This document shows positions 13,080 to 23,405 of a stretch of DNA of 39,224 nucleotides, one piece after another. The stretch comes from Candidatus Omnitrophota bacterium. Lineage in GTDB: Bacteria; Omnitrophota; Gorgyraeia; JABMRN01. The stretch covers positions 1 through 39,224 of the forward strand of contig JBDRBZ010000123.1 of assembly GCA_043822175.1 (NCBI GenBank), given 5' to 3'. The notes under the pieces were generated by a model. That model was not told where the DNA came from. It searched no databases and saw nothing but the letters and a program-made list of their open reading frames with translations. The position numbers and the translations under genes are program-made. The number at the start of each line of letters is the position of its first letter. The stretch's first letter is position 1.

Positions 13080-13082
13080 GTG

Positions 13083-13111
13083 TTGACAACATATCCCTAT
13101 TATGGTATAAA
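13083..13111 (+). promoter_or_regulatory. Candidate promoter for the purB-purC-purM-purD-purE cluster
   Basis: TTGACA (13083-13088), a 17-nt spacer, then TATAAA (13106-13111) preceded by TGg. It is about 50 nt upstream of the purB ATG, which has AAAGGAA as its RBS. Confidence 0.55.
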
Positions 13112-13163
13112 ATACAGACCGGTGACCCCTTATAAACAACGATAACATAACAAAGGAACGCAT

Positions 13164-14459
13164 ATGATATCGCGATATTCTCTGCCTGGAATGGTGAAAA
13201 TCTGGACCGAGGAAAACAAGTTCAGAAAAATGCTGGATGTGGAAATTCTTGCCTGCGAGGCGTTTTCCCGCCTTAAGGTGGTGCCGAAAAAGGCTGTCTC
13301 GGATATCAGGAAAAAGGCCAGGATAGACATTGACAGGATAAAGGCCATCGAGAAAGAGACAAATCACGACATCGTAGCCTTTGTGAAAAGCATTACCGAG
13401 CAGGTCGGCGAACCGGCCAAGTACCTGCACTACGGCCTTACCTCCAGCGATGTCCTTGATACCGGACTTTCGGTCATGATGGCCGAGGCCATGGATATCC
13501 TTATAGAAGACGCGAAGGTCCTGATGAAGGCCCTCAAAAAGAAGGCGCTGCGCTATAAAAACACAGTGATGATAGGCCGGTCGCACGGCATGCATGCCGA
13601 GCCGACAAGCTTCGGCCTTAAGATGGCCTTATTTTACGACGAGATGGCGCGCAATCTTGACCGGCTGAGACATGCCCGCGAGACCATAGCGTACGGCAAG
13701 ATATCGGGGTCTGTCGGCACGTACGCCAACGTGAACCCGTTTGTGGAAGAGTACGTGTGCAAAAAGATGGCCTTAAAGCCCGCCCGCGTATCCTCGCAGA
13801 TACTGCAGAGGGACAGGCACGCGGAGTACATGACCGCCCTGGCCCTGTGCGGGACCTCGCTCGAGAAATTCGCGACAGAATTCAGGTCTCTGCAGCGCAC
13901 GGAGATAGGCGAGGTCCAGGAATTCTTCTCGTCTACGCAGAAGGGGTCGTCGAGCATGCCGCACAAGAAAAACCCCATAATATGCGAGCGGATATGCGGC
14001 CTCGCGCGGATATTGCGCGGCAACGCCCTGGCGGCGATGGAGAACATGCCGCTGTGGCACGAGAGGGACATATCTCATTCCTCTGTTGAGCGGGTGATCG
14101 TGCCGGATTCCACGATACTGCTCGATTACATGTTTGGGAAGATGACGGACATAGTGGATAAACTTGTGGTAAATACGGACCGGATGAAAGAGAATCTCGA
14201 CAGGACAAAAGGCATAATATTTTCCCAGCACCTCATGCTGCGGCTCATAGACAAAGGGATCACCAGGGATGAGGCCTATGACATCATGCAGGCCGCGGCC
14301 CTTACGGTGCAGGCGGAAGAGCTGCCTTTTCTGGACGCGGTGCTTGAGGACAGGAAGGTCAGGCGCTACCTGACGGAAAAAGAGATAAAGGCATGCGCCG
14401 ATATGGGATATCATCTCAAACAGGCGGATTACATTTTTAAAAAGGTCGGCATAAGCTAG
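13164..14459 (+). CDS. purB: Adenylosuccinate lyase
   Basis: 431 aa. Shows MISRYSLPGMVKIWTEENKF, GLTSSDVLDT and the SSSMPHKKNP signature loop. Confidence 0.95.
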   Translation: MISRYSLPGMVKIWTEENKFRKMLDVEILACEAFSRLKVVPKKAVSDIRKKARIDIDRIKAIEKETNHDIVAFVKSITEQVGEPAKYLHYGLTSSDVLDTGLSVMMAEAMDILIEDAKVLMKALKKKALRYKNTVMIGRSHGMHAEPTSFGLKMALFYDEMARNLDRLRHARETIAYGKISGSVGTYANVNPFVEEYVCKKMALKPARVSSQILQRDRHAEYMTALALCGTSLEKFATEFRSLQRTEIGEVQEFFSSTQKGSSSMPHKKNPIICERICGLARILRGNALAAMENMPLWHERDISHSSVERVIVPDSTILLDYMFGKMTDIVDKLVVNTDRMKENLDRTKGIIFSQHLMLRLIDKGITRDEAYDIMQAAALTVQAEELPFLDAVLEDRKVRRYLTEKEIKACADMGYHLKQADYIFKKVGIS

Positions 14460-14476
14460 AAATGGAGGTACGACAG

Positions 14477-15193
14477 ATGAAGAAGCTGAAGATGATCTAT
14501 GAGGGAAAGGCTAAAAAACTCTTTACCACGGAAGACCCGGAACTGGTCATACAGGAATTCAAGGACGACGCGACGGCATTTGACGCCACGAAGCGGGGCG
14601 TGATAAAGGGCAAGGGCGTGGTCAACAATAAGATATCGTCGGAATTATTCGGGCTCCTCGAGTCCAAAGGCGTCGAGACGCATTTTGTGCGCCTGTTAAA
14701 CGAAAGGGACATGCTCGTCAAAAAACTGGAGATAATACCGGTTGAGGTCACAATACGCAATATCGTCGCCGGAGGCATGAGCAAACTGCTCGCTATCGAG
14801 GAAGGGCTGGTGCTCAAAACCCCTGTGCTGGAATATCACTATAAGGCGGATTCCCTGCATGACCCGCTCATAAACGATTATCACATCCTGGCCCTTGAGA
14901 TGGCCAAGGAGAATGAGCTCGAGACCATAAAAAGGCGCTCGTTTGAGGTTAATAACGTCCTTAGGAATTTCTTCGGGGAGAGGAACCTGGACCTCGTCGA
15001 TTTCAAGCTGGAGTTCGGCAGGCATAAGGGGAAAGTCCTGCTCGGGGACGAAATCTCACCCGATACATGCAGGTTGTGGGAAAAGGGGACCCGCCGAAAG
15101 ATGGATAAGGACAGGTTCAGGCGTGATCTCGGCAACATAGAAGAGACGTACGAGGAAGTGTTGAAAATCGTGGAAGGGGACAAGGCAAAATAA
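14477..15193 (+). CDS. purC: SAICAR synthetase
   Basis: Shows MKKLKMIYEGKAKKLF. ATG 14477 lies 8 nt after GGAGG (14464-14468). The track's ATG 14462 would place the SD inside the ORF and is the less likely alternative. Confidence 0.92.
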   Translation: MKKLKMIYEGKAKKLFTTEDPELVIQEFKDDATAFDATKRGVIKGKGVVNNKISSELFGLLESKGVETHFVRLLNERDMLVKKLEIIPVEVTIRNIVAGGMSKLLAIEEGLVLKTPVLEYHYKADSLHDPLINDYHILALEMAKENELETIKRRSFEVNNVLRNFFGERNLDLVDFKLEFGRHKGKVLLGDEISPDTCRLWEKGTRRKMDKDRFRRDLGNIEETYEEVLKIVEGDKAK

Positions 15194-15212
15194 GGAAAAC
15201 GGGTATAAACAC

Positions 15213-16220
15213 ATGAAAATAACATACAGAAAAGCGGGCGTTGACATAAACAAGGCCAACCGGTTTGTCGAGGATATTAAACCCATGGTCGCCTCTACCA
15301 GGAGGGACGGATGGGTGGGGAATATCGGCGCGTTCGCCGGATTTTTCAGGCCCGCGGCCGGGAAATACAAGCGGCCGCTCCTTGTGGCGTCTACGGACGG
15401 CGTGGGCACGAAGCTCCTTATCGCGCAGCAGGCCGGCAAGAATGACACGGTGGGCATTGATCTTGTGGCCATGTGCGTCAACGACCTTGTGACATGCGGC
15501 GCCGAGCCGCTGTTTTTCCTGGACTATTTCGGCACGGGCAAAATCAAGCCTTGCGTTGCCCGTGATATTCTAAAAGGCATAGCCGAGGGATGCAGGATCG
15601 CGAATGTCGCCTTGATCGGAGGAGAAACCGCGGAATTGCCCGACATGTACGGTAGGGGCGTATACGACATCGCGGGGTTTGCCGTGGGCATGGTCGACGA
15701 GGACGGCGTTATCGACGGTTCGTCGGCGCGCGAAGGGGATCTTATTCTCGGCATCCAATCCAGCGGGATACATTCAAACGGTTATTCGATGGTGCGGAAA
15801 GTTTTCTCGAAAAGCGAAATCAGGGGGAAACTTAAGGATGAGCTTCTCAGGCCCACGCTGATTTATGTCAGGCCGATACTTGAGCTTATCCGCGCCCTCG
15901 ACATAAAAGGCATAGCGCATATTACCGGAGGGGGTTTTTTCGACAATGTTATCCGCATACTTCCGGAAAACAAAGCCGCGGTCATGTTTAAGCGCGCATG
16001 GCAGGTGCCGGAGATATTCAACCTGATACAGAAAAGGGGCAACGTGGACGAGAGGGAGATGTTCAGGACGTTCAACATGGGCATCGGCATGGTTATCGTC
16101 ACATCGAAGCAGGCCGCGTGGAAGGCCAAACGGATACTGCTCGACAAATACGGGCTTGAAAGCTGTCTTATCGGAGAAATAATAAAAGGCAGACGCAGGG
16201 TCGAGCTGATCGATTCATAG
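15213..16220 (+). CDS. purM: AIR synthetase (phosphoribosylformylglycinamidine cyclo-ligase)
   Basis: 335 aa. Shows YRKAGVDINKAN, STDGVGTKL and DYF..GK motifs. Confidence 0.95.
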   Translation: MKITYRKAGVDINKANRFVEDIKPMVASTRRDGWVGNIGAFAGFFRPAAGKYKRPLLVASTDGVGTKLLIAQQAGKNDTVGIDLVAMCVNDLVTCGAEPLFFLDYFGTGKIKPCVARDILKGIAEGCRIANVALIGGETAELPDMYGRGVYDIAGFAVGMVDEDGVIDGSSAREGDLILGIQSSGIHSNGYSMVRKVFSKSEIRGKLKDELLRPTLIYVRPILELIRALDIKGIAHITGGGFFDNVIRILPENKAAVMFKRAWQVPEIFNLIQKRGNVDEREMFRTFNMGIGMVIVTSKQAAWKAKRILLDKYGLESCLIGEIIKGRRRVELIDS

Positions 16221-16229
16221 GGCGCTTAT

Positions 16230-17534
16230 ATGGGGATAAAAGTACTGGTCGTGGGGTCGGGCGGCAGGGAGCACGCGCTTTCGTGGAAGATAGCGCGGTC
16301 CGACGCGGTGGATAAGATATTCTGCGCTCCCGGAAACGCGGGCACGGCCGAAACCGCCGAAAACGTGAACATAAAAGCGGATGACATAAACGGGCTTTTA
16401 TCGTTTGCCAAGGATGAAAGAATAGATCTTACATGCGTGGGGCCGGAGGCGCCGCTCGTCGCCGGCATCGCGGACATCTTCTCCCAAAACGGGTTAAAGG
16501 TATTCGGCCCGTCGGGGAAAGCGGCCATGCTGGAAGGCAGCAAGGCTTACGCGAAAGCCATGATGCGCAAATACGGTATTTCTACGGCTGATTTTGAGGT
16601 GTTCGACAACGCCGAAAAGGCAAAAGAGTATGTGAGAAAGAAGGGCGCCGCTTTTGTCATAAAGGCTGACGGGCTGGCAGCCGGCAAGGGCGTTACAGTG
16701 TGCGGCTCGGCCCGCGAGGCCGAGAACGCGATAGAAGAGGCGCTCTGCAAAAAGGCGTTCGGGTCAGCAGGCGCCAGAATTATCGTGGAAGAGGCGCTCT
16801 CGGGCGAAGAGGCCTCCATACTGGCGGTATCCGACGGAAAAAACCGGATCATACTCGATTCGAGCCAGGACCACAAGCGCGTTTTTGACAACGATAAAGG
16901 GCCGAATACGGGCGGGATGGGCGCTTATTCCCCGGCGCCGGTCATTACAGGGGATATGCTTGACAGGATAGCGAGAGAGGTAATCGACCCTCTTCTCGAA
17001 GGAATGAAAAAAGAGGGCAACCCTTACAAGGGAGTGATTTACGCGGGCGTCATGATAACCGAAGACGGGCCGAAGGTGCTTGAGTTTAACGCGCGGTTCG
17101 GAGATCCGGAGACACAGGCGTTACTGCCGCGGCTCAAAACCGACCTTGTTAGGCTTATGCTCGCTTCAGTGAACGGCGATATCGGCGGCATGACGGTTGA
17201 GTGGGATCCGAGACCGTGCGTCTCGGTTGTGATGACGTCCGAAGGTTATCCCGGCCCGTACGAAAAAGGCAAGGCAATATCAGGGCTGGATTTTTTTAAA
17301 GACAAAAAGGATATAATGGTGTTTCACGCGGGTACGAGGAAAGACGGCGCCGGGGTGGTGACTGACGGCGGCAGGGTACTCAACGTGACAGGCATGGGGG
17401 AAACCGTCGGGGATGCCATAGATGCGGTGTACCGGGCCTGCGGGCGGATTAAGTTTGACGGCGCGCATTACCGTCATGACATAGGATATCGGGCCCTCAG
17501 GGCGGGCGCCGGTGCCAGGGACCGCAAAAATTAA
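16230..17534 (+). CDS. purD: Phosphoribosylamine-glycine ligase
   Basis: 434 aa. Shows KVLVVGSGGREHALSWK, ATP-grasp motifs and RFGDPE. Confidence 0.95.
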   Translation: MGIKVLVVGSGGREHALSWKIARSDAVDKIFCAPGNAGTAETAENVNIKADDINGLLSFAKDERIDLTCVGPEAPLVAGIADIFSQNGLKVFGPSGKAAMLEGSKAYAKAMMRKYGISTADFEVFDNAEKAKEYVRKKGAAFVIKADGLAAGKGVTVCGSAREAENAIEEALCKKAFGSAGARIIVEEALSGEEASILAVSDGKNRIILDSSQDHKRVFDNDKGPNTGGMGAYSPAPVITGDMLDRIAREVIDPLLEGMKKEGNPYKGVIYAGVMITEDGPKVLEFNARFGDPETQALLPRLKTDLVRLMLASVNGDIGGMTVEWDPRPCVSVVMTSEGYPGPYEKGKAISGLDFFKDKKDIMVFHAGTRKDGAGVVTDGGRVLNVTGMGETVGDAIDAVYRACGRIKFDGAHYRHDIGYRALRAGAGARDRKN

Positions 17535-17547
17535 AGAAAGGATTGCC

Positions 17548-18042
17548 ATGAAGATGCCGGCAGTATCGGTCATAATGGGCAGTGATTCGGACATGTCAGT
17601 GATGAAAAACGCGCACGATATGCTCAATAAATTCGGCATAGCGTGCGAGGTTAAAATTCTTTCGGCCCACCGTTCGCCCGAGGACGTGGCAAGATTCGCC
17701 AGGCACGCCTCCAGGCGGGGCATAAAGGTTATAATCGCGGGCGCCGGAGGGGCGGCGCATTTAGCGGGTGTCGTGGCGAGCCTTACGTCATTACCCGTTA
17801 TCGGGGTTCCGATGGAGTCCCAGGCCCTGAGAGGCATTGATTCTCTTCTGTCTACCGTGCAGATGCCGGCCGGCGTGCCGGTGGCGACGATGGCGATCGG
17901 GCCGGCCGGGGCCAGAAATGCCGGGATTTTCGCAGCCGAGATAATAGCGCTTTCGGACAGGAAACTGGCAAAGAAACTGGAGATCCATAAAAAAGACCTG
18001 GCCGTCTCGGTCAGGAAGAAGAACCGGAAAATTAATCCGTAG
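17548..18042 (+). CDS. purE: N5-CAIR mutase / AIR carboxylase catalytic subunit
   Basis: Shows MKMPAVSVIMGSDSD...SAHRSP...AGGAAHLAGV. ATG 17548 avoids the 23-nt overlap with purD that the track's start at 17512 implies. Confidence 0.93.
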   Translation: MKMPAVSVIMGSDSDMSVMKNAHDMLNKFGIACEVKILSAHRSPEDVARFARHASRRGIKVIIAGAGGAAHLAGVVASLTSLPVIGVPMESQALRGIDSLLSTVQMPAGVPVATMAIGPAGARNAGIFAAEIIALSDRKLAKKLEIHKKDLAVSVRKKNRKINP

Positions 18043-18052
18043 GAAACGAATC

Positions 18053-18682
18053 GTGAAAAGCACCAAAGTTATCCTGGTAACGCCGGATGATCCGGAAACC
18101 GAGGCCATAGAGGAGGCCGCGCAGATATTGCGCGCCGGCGGGCTTGTGGCCTTTCCCACGGAAACAGTGTACGGCCTGGCGGCCGTGTACGGCGATGAGG
18201 CGGCCGTAAACCGGCTTTACGAAGTTAAACAAAGGCCCGGGCATAAGCCGTTTGCGATGCTTATTTCAGACGAAAAGATGATGGAAGATACGGGCGTTTA
18301 CGTCCCTCCGGCCGCGAAGGCGCTTATGGACCGGTTCTGGCCAGGGCCGCTTACGATAATTCTCAAGGCAAAGGAAAAAGGCAAAACAATAGCCTTCAGG
18401 ATGCCGGATAATAAAATAGCCAGAGAATTGGTCGGGGCCGCGGGCGCGCCCCTGGCCGCTCCCAGCGCCAATATGTCGGGTTCGCCGTCGCCCGTAACCG
18501 CGGAAGATGTTTTAAATGACCTGGGAGGCCGGATAGACGCCGTTATTGACGGGGGCAGGACGCGCATAGGGGTTGATTCCACCATTGTGGACGCGAGCGG
18601 GCCGCTTTTACGCATCGTCAGGAAAGGCGCGGTCAGCGGGGAGGCCTTAAAAAGCGTGTGCCTGGCAGCTATAGAGGGATAA
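18053..18682 (+). CDS. tsaC: L-threonylcarbamoyladenylate synthase (Sua5/YrdC/YwlC family, short form)
   Basis: 209 aa with a GTG start. Shows FPTETVYGLAA, KQRPGHKP, WPGPLT and SAN.SG motifs. Confidence 0.88.
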   Translation: MKSTKVILVTPDDPETEAIEEAAQILRAGGLVAFPTETVYGLAAVYGDEAAVNRLYEVKQRPGHKPFAMLISDEKMMEDTGVYVPPAAKALMDRFWPGPLTIILKAKEKGKTIAFRMPDNKIARELVGAAGAPLAAPSANMSGSPSPVTAEDVLNDLGGRIDAVIDGGRTRIGVDSTIVDASGPLLRIVRKGAVSGEALKSVCLAAIEG

Positions 18683-19150
18683 ATGGCAAAGGAAGGCATA
18701 AAAGACGTGCTCATCGTATGCACCGGGAACAGCTGCCGGAGCATAATGGCCGAAGGCTACCTTAAAAAACGGGCGAAAGAACTGGGCCTGGATTTGAACG
18801 CGCATTCGGCGGGGACAGGCGCCATGGAGCACATGCCGCCTTCGCCCGAGACGGTTGAAGTGATGAAGGAGGAAGGCATTGACGTGTCCCGTTACAAGTC
18901 AACCTGCATTGCTCCGGATATTATTCAGCGGGCGGATGTGGTGCTTATCATGGAACCGCATCACCAGTACATAATACACGCGATGGCGCCTGACAGCGAT
19001 GATAAGGTGTTTTTCCTGCGCGAGTTTGACGCGGAAGCGGATGAGAAAAACATACCAGACCCAATAGGCAAGAGCAAGACGTTCTACACAAACGTGCTGT
19101 TCGCGATAAAAGATTCCATAGAAGGTTTTTTGGGGTGGTTAAAGAATTGA
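18683..19150 (+). CDS. Low-molecular-weight protein phosphatase (YwlE-like arginine/tyrosine phosphatase)
   Basis: 155 aa. The CX5R(S) P-loop VCTGNSCRSIMAEG is at the N-terminus, and a DP motif lies near the C-terminus. The ATG directly abuts the tsaC stop. Confidence 0.85.
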   Translation: MAKEGIKDVLIVCTGNSCRSIMAEGYLKKRAKELGLDLNAHSAGTGAMEHMPPSPETVEVMKEEGIDVSRYKSTCIAPDIIQRADVVLIMEPHHQYIIHAMAPDSDDKVFFLREFDAEADEKNIPDPIGKSKTFYTNVLFAIKDSIEGFLGWLKN

Positions 19151-19183
19151 CGGCCGCTCGCGGCCGGGTTAGGAGAGGGGTTT

Positions 19184-19633
19184 ATGGCCGATAAACCGGT
19201 TGTAGCAATGGGCGCCGACCACGGGGGCTTTATATTGAAAGAGGCCCTTAAACAGCATCTAAGCGCGAAGGGTTACGAAGTCATCGATTTCGGGACAGAT
19301 ACCGCGGAGGCGTGCGATTATCCGCTTTTCGGGCATAAGGCGGCAAAGGCGGTAGCGGACGGTAAAGCGGAGTTCGGCATAGTTATCTGCAAGACCGGGT
19401 TCGGCATGGCCATAGTCGCCAATAAAGTCAGCGGCGTACGCTCGGCGGTGTGCGATACGGCTGATGAAGCCGAATCAGCCAGGCGCCATAACGCCTGTAA
19501 TGTCCTGTCGCTTGCGGCCACGAGGGTGGGAATCGGGGCCGCTAAAGATATCGCGGATGTTTTTCTGTCAACCGGAACAGAGGGGGGGCGTCACGAAAGA
19601 CGCGTGGGACAGATAAAAGAACTGGAGAGGTAA
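19184..19633 (+). CDS. rpiB: Ribose-5-phosphate isomerase B
   Basis: 149 aa with the RpiB/LacAB pattern GADHGGF.LKE and CKTGFGM.I.ANK. Confidence 0.9.
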   Translation: MADKPVVAMGADHGGFILKEALKQHLSAKGYEVIDFGTDTAEACDYPLFGHKAAKAVADGKAEFGIVICKTGFGMAIVANKVSGVRSAVCDTADEAESARRHNACNVLSLAATRVGIGAAKDIADVFLSTGTEGGRHERRVGQIKELER

Positions 19634-19635
19634 AA

Positions 19636-20898
19636 GTGAAATATCTGAAAAAGCAGGATCCCGAGGTTTTCAAGGCCATCCTGAACGAGACAAAAAGGCA
19701 GGCCGCCAATATAGAGCTCATAGCGAGCGAAAATTTCACAAGCCCCGCGGTGCTTGAGGCCCAGGGGTCCACCATGGTGAACAAATATGCCGAGGGGTAT
19801 CCCGGCAAAAGGTGGTATAACGGCTGTGAGTTTGTCGACGTAGTCGAGCAGCTGGCGATAGAAAGGGCGAAGAAGCTCTTCGGCGCCGAACATGTCAACG
19901 TCCAGCCCCATTGCGGAACGCAGGCCAATATGGCGGTTTACCTGTCCGTGCTCAAACCCGGGGATACGGTAATGGCGCTTGACCTGGCGTGCGGCGGGCA
20001 CTTGAGCCACGGGCACACGCATAATTTTTCCGGCATGCTCTACAATATAGTGCCGTACGGGCTGAACGGAAAGACCGAGCAGATAGATTACAACGAGGTT
20101 CTGGCGATCGCGCAGAAAACAAAGCCCAAGATGATACTCGCCGGGGCGAGCGCCTATCCGAGGAAGATAGATTTCAAAAAGTTCCGGCAGATCTGCGACA
20201 GGACCGGCGCCTATCTTTTCGTGGACATGGCCCATTTCGCGGGCCTTGTGGCCGCGGGCATACATCCCGACCCTGTTCCTTTCGCCGAGTTCGTCACCAC
20301 CACGACTCATAAGACGCTTAGGGGCCCGCGCGCGGGTATCATCATATGCAGGAAAGAGTTCGCGAAAAGAATAGACATGGCCGTTTTCCCGGGTATGCAG
20401 GGCGGGCCCCAGATGCAGACCATAGCGGCCAAGGCCGTCGCCCTCAAGGAGGCGCTTAAACCGGAGTTTAAAACTTACCAGAAGCAGATTGTGGCAAACG
20501 CCAGGGCGCTTGCGGCGGAACTGGCGGGCCGCGGGTACAGGATAGTGTCGGGCGGTACGGACACGCATCTGTTGCTCGTGGATCTGCGCAACAAAAATAT
20601 TACCGGCAAAGATGCCGCGCTCTTTCTGGATAAGGCCAATATAACCGTCAACAAAAATTTGATACCGTTCGACGAGGAAAGCCCGTTTGTGACAAGCGGC
20701 ATAAGGCTGGGCACCCCTGCCGCCACTACCAGGGGCATGAAAGAGCCCCAGATGCGCGAGATAGCGGTCCTGATAGATGAGATACTCACGCATCCCAGGG
20801 ATCTGAAGACGCTCAGGGTGGTAAAGCCCAGGGTAAAGCGCATCGTCGAGGCATTCCCTCTTTACGCTGATATGATCATGGAAATGGAGGGTCTGTGA
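19636..20898 (+). CDS. glyA: Serine hydroxymethyltransferase
   Basis: 420 aa with a GTG start 5 nt after GGAGAGG. Shows [18 protein letters not shown] and [12 protein letters not shown] (PLP lysine motif). Confidence 0.96.
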   Translation: MKYLKKQDPEVFKAILNETKRQAANIELIASENFTSPAVLEAQGSTMVNKYAEGYPGKRWYNGCEFVDVVEQLAIERAKKLFGAEHVNVQPHCGTQANMAVYLSVLKPGDTVMALDLACGGHLSHGHTHNFSGMLYNIVPYGLNGKTEQIDYNEVLAIAQKTKPKMILAGASAYPRKIDFKKFRQICDRTGAYLFVDMAHFAGLVAAGIHPDPVPFAEFVTTTTHKTLRGPRAGIIICRKEFAKRIDMAVFPGMQGGPQMQTIAAKAVALKEALKPEFKTYQKQIVANARALAAELAGRGYRIVSGGTDTHLLLVDLRNKNITGKDAALFLDKANITVNKNLIPFDEESPFVTSGIRLGTPAATTRGMKEPQMREIAVLIDEILTHPRDLKTLRVVKPRVKRIVEAFPLYADMIMEMEGL

Positions 20899-21395
20899 TG
20901 GCCGGAATTAAGCGCCCGGACGGGAAAAAGCGCCCTTCGTGGGACGAGTATTTTATGTCAATAGCCGAACTTGTGGCCACGCGTTCCACGTGCGTGCGGA
21001 GGCATGTGGGGGCGGTCCTTGTGCGGGACAGGAAGATACTCGCCACTGGGTACAACGGCGCGCCGTCCTCGATAGAGCACTGCGACAGGACCGGCTGCCT
21101 GCGCGCAAAGATGAGCGTACCGTCGGGAGAAAGGCACGAGCTGTGCCGCGGGCTTCATGCCGAGCAGAACGCCTTTCTGCAGGCCGCGCTCCATGGGACC
21201 AGCGTAAAGGGGGCCGTCCTTTATTCCACCATACACCCCTGCATAATATGCGCGAAGATGATTATTAACGCGGGTATAAAGGCCGTGGTTATCGCAGACT
21301 CGTATCCGGACAGCATGTCGGCAGGGTTTCTCAGGGAGGCGCGCGTACGGGTGCGGGTGACAAATCCCCGAAGGGCGCCGCGGACAAAGCCATGA
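20898..21395 (+). CDS. comEB: dCMP deaminase (ComEB-type cytidine/deoxycytidylate deaminase)
   Basis: Zinc motifs HAEQNA and PCIICAKMI are present. ATG 20898 overlaps the glyA TGA by 1 nt (TGATG); GTG 20895 is an alternative start. Confidence 0.85.
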   Translation: MAGIKRPDGKKRPSWDEYFMSIAELVATRSTCVRRHVGAVLVRDRKILATGYNGAPSSIEHCDRTGCLRAKMSVPSGERHELCRGLHAEQNAFLQAALHGTSVKGAVLYSTIHPCIICAKMIINAGIKAVVIADSYPDSMSAGFLREARVRVRVTNPRRAPRTKP

Positions 21396-21841
21396 GATGC
21401 CCATATTGCGGATCACGGAAGGATAAGGTAATAGATTCACGGGGCTCGAACTCGGGCCAGAGCATAAGGCGCCGCAGGGAATGCCTGAAGTGTGAGAGGC
21501 GTTTTACCACGTATGAGCATATCGAGGAGATACCGCTCATGGTCGTGAAGAAGGACAGCCGCAGGGAGCCGTTTGACAGGAAAAAAATACTCGCGGGCAT
21601 AATGAAGGCATGCGAAAAGAGGCCGGTGTCCATAGAGAAACAGGAAGCGATAATAGACAGGGTCGAGAAGCAGATACAGCGAAAATTCGAAAAAGAAGTG
21701 GACTCAAAAGAGATCGGCGAGCTCGTCATGACAAATCTGTACGAGACGGATGAGATAGCGTATGTCAGGTTCGCCTCGGTATACAGGCAGTTCAGGGACG
21801 TGTCCCAGTTCATGAAAGAGCTGAAGAAATTTCTGAGGTAA
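21392..21841 (+). CDS. nrdR: Transcriptional repressor NrdR
   Basis: 149 aa. Shows the [17 protein letters not shown] zinc ribbon followed by an ATP-cone. There is an ATGA overlap with the upstream gene. Confidence 0.95.
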   Translation: MRCPYCGSRKDKVIDSRGSNSGQSIRRRRECLKCERRFTTYEHIEEIPLMVVKKDSRREPFDRKKILAGIMKACEKRPVSIEKQEAIIDRVEKQIQRKFEKEVDSKEIGELVMTNLYETDEIAYVRFASVYRQFRDVSQFMKELKKFLR

Positions 21842-21842
21842 C

Positions 21843-23312
21843 ATGCTGAATTTTCTGCGTAAAAAAAAGGTCCAGAAACGCATCCTTGTGGCCCTTGCGT
21901 TCATTATCATCCCGGCGTTTGTGCTGTGGGGGGTGGGCAGCATGGGCAAAAAGACCATAGCGGGCAGCCGGTACGTCGGCGACATAGACGGCAAAGCCGT
22001 ACCGATAGACGACTTTCTGAAGGCGCGCCGGGAGACGGAGATACAGCTTATACTGCATTTTGCCGGTAATAAGGACATGCTGGACAAACTGATAGAGGAC
22101 CGGGCGCTTGTTAACGGCATGACGTGGGACAACCTTATCATGCTGGACGAGGCCAGGCGCGACAATGTCAGGGTTAGCGACGGAGAAGTCGTGGCCTTTA
22201 TAACCAACAACCCCCTTTTCGTGAGGGACGGCGCGTTCGACGGAAAATTTTACGACTATGTAATAACCCAGAATCTCGGCATTACCACGAGAAGTTTCGA
22301 GGAATGCATAAGAAAACTGCTTATCATAGCCAGGGAAAAGGAAAACATACTGAAAAACGTCGGCGTTTCGGATGATGAGATACTCGAGGCCTACAGGCGG
22401 GACAACGAAAAGGGGAGGATATCGTACATAAGCGTGGACAGGGAGGCGTTTTTGCCGGAAGCCGGCACATCACGGGAAGACATTGATAAATATTACCGGG
22501 AGCATATCGATGATTTTACGGCGCCGGAACGGGCTGATCTTGTGTGCATGAAGTTTCCGTACGCGAGCCTTATGGAGAAGGAATTTATGATGCGCGGGGT
22601 GAACGGCATTTACGGGGAGATAAAGAAAAACCCCGGCCCCGGCAAATTCCGCGAGATAGCCGCCGAAAACGGGATTACCGTTGAGGATATCGGGGCTCTG
22701 CCCAGGGGGACGCCTCCGGATGAGTTCAAGTTCGACGCCAAAACATATGACGGCATATTTAACATGAATCCGGGAGACAACGCCATACTGTCGGACGACG
22801 CGGCCGGGGGGTATATTTATCTGATCGAGATAAAATCAAAAACCCCAAAGACGGTAAAAAGCAGGGAAGATGCCGAACCGGTCATAAGGGCTGAATTAGG
22901 CCGTGAAAAATCCGACGTCCTGGCCGGACAAAAGGCCGAAGAAATATACAATCGCATTTCCGGAGGCGGCATCTCCATGGAAGACGCCGCCCGGACCTAC
23001 GGGCTGAAAAGGCAGGAAACGGATTTTATCACGAGATTCGATTACCTCGAAGGTGTCGGCGAGGCGGTCCTGATTCTGGATAAGGTCATGACATTGTCTC
23101 CCGGACAGTCAAACGGCCCGTTCAAGACCAGGAAGGGGTACATAATCGCCCGCCTGGACGAGTTCAAGGCGATTGATACGGAAAAGTTTTCGCGTGAGAA
23201 AGAAAATTACAGCGCGAAGGTGCTGTCTATTAAAAAAATGAAAGCGCTGAAAGACTGGTTTGCGGTTATTTCGTCAAAGGCCCGGCTGGCCATAGACCTG
23301 AAGCGCATCTAA
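21843..23312 (+). CDS. PpiD/SurA-like periplasmic chaperone (peptidyl-prolyl isomerase family)
   Basis: 489 aa. The N-terminal membrane anchor MLNFLRKKKVQKRILVALAFIIIPAFVLWG is typical of PpiD-like proteins. I cannot confirm an intact parvulin domain by eye. Confidence 0.55.
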   Translation: MLNFLRKKKVQKRILVALAFIIIPAFVLWGVGSMGKKTIAGSRYVGDIDGKAVPIDDFLKARRETEIQLILHFAGNKDMLDKLIEDRALVNGMTWDNLIMLDEARRDNVRVSDGEVVAFITNNPLFVRDGAFDGKFYDYVITQNLGITTRSFEECIRKLLIIAREKENILKNVGVSDDEILEAYRRDNEKGRISYISVDREAFLPEAGTSREDIDKYYREHIDDFTAPERADLVCMKFPYASLMEKEFMMRGVNGIYGEIKKNPGPGKFREIAAENGITVEDIGALPRGTPPDEFKFDAKTYDGIFNMNPGDNAILSDDAAGGYIYLIEIKSKTPKTVKSREDAEPVIRAELGREKSDVLAGQKAEEIYNRISGGGISMEDAARTYGLKRQETDFITRFDYLEGVGEAVLILDKVMTLSPGQSNGPFKTRKGYIIARLDEFKAIDTEKFSREKENYSAKVLSIKKMKALKDWFAVISSKARLAIDLKRI

Positions 23313-23343
23313 CCTGCCGCATAAATCCCGCTTATCTATTATA

Positions 23344-23372
23344 TTGACACGCAATTACTTATACTATAAAAT
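23344..23372 (+). promoter_or_regulatory. Candidate promoter upstream of the micro-ORF and hisG
   Basis: TTGACA (23344-23349), a 17-nt spacer, then TAAAAT (23367-23372). Confidence 0.45.
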
Positions 23373-23405
23373 CATAATAAGCGGAAAAACGCGATAATAA
23401 CGAAA

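Noticed and set aside
13051-13082. GGGGGTCGC elements upstream of a pur operon suggested a ZTP (pfl) riboswitch P1 helix (GGGUCG...).
   Set aside because: There is no CUGGCG/ACCGGG core and no downstream CCGCCUGGGCA pseudoknot partner. The elements lie upstream of the -35 element, outside the predicted transcript.
19151-19166. The perfect GC-rich inverted repeat CGGCCGC-TC-GCGGCCG between the phosphatase gene and rpiB looked like a possible intrinsic terminator.
   Set aside because: No U-tract follows; the next bases are GGTTAGGAGAGGGG, which form the rpiB RBS. At most this is an mRNA stability or processing hairpin, not a terminator.
19591-20793. Long antisense ORFs opposite clear housekeeping genes: 19591-20793 (400 aa, opposite glyA), 7921-9018 (opposite eno and purN), 24360-25403 (opposite the TPR gene), 27916-28722 (opposite the ftsH-like gene), 32223-33065 (opposite glmU), 31336-32154 (opposite ispE, spoVG and tRNA-Gln) and 13773-14414 (opposite purB).
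   Set aside because: In every case the sense strand encodes an unmistakable conserved protein. The antisense translations are low-complexity and Arg/Pro/Gly-rich with no recognisable motifs or RBS. Long stop-free antisense frames are a known by-product of codon bias.
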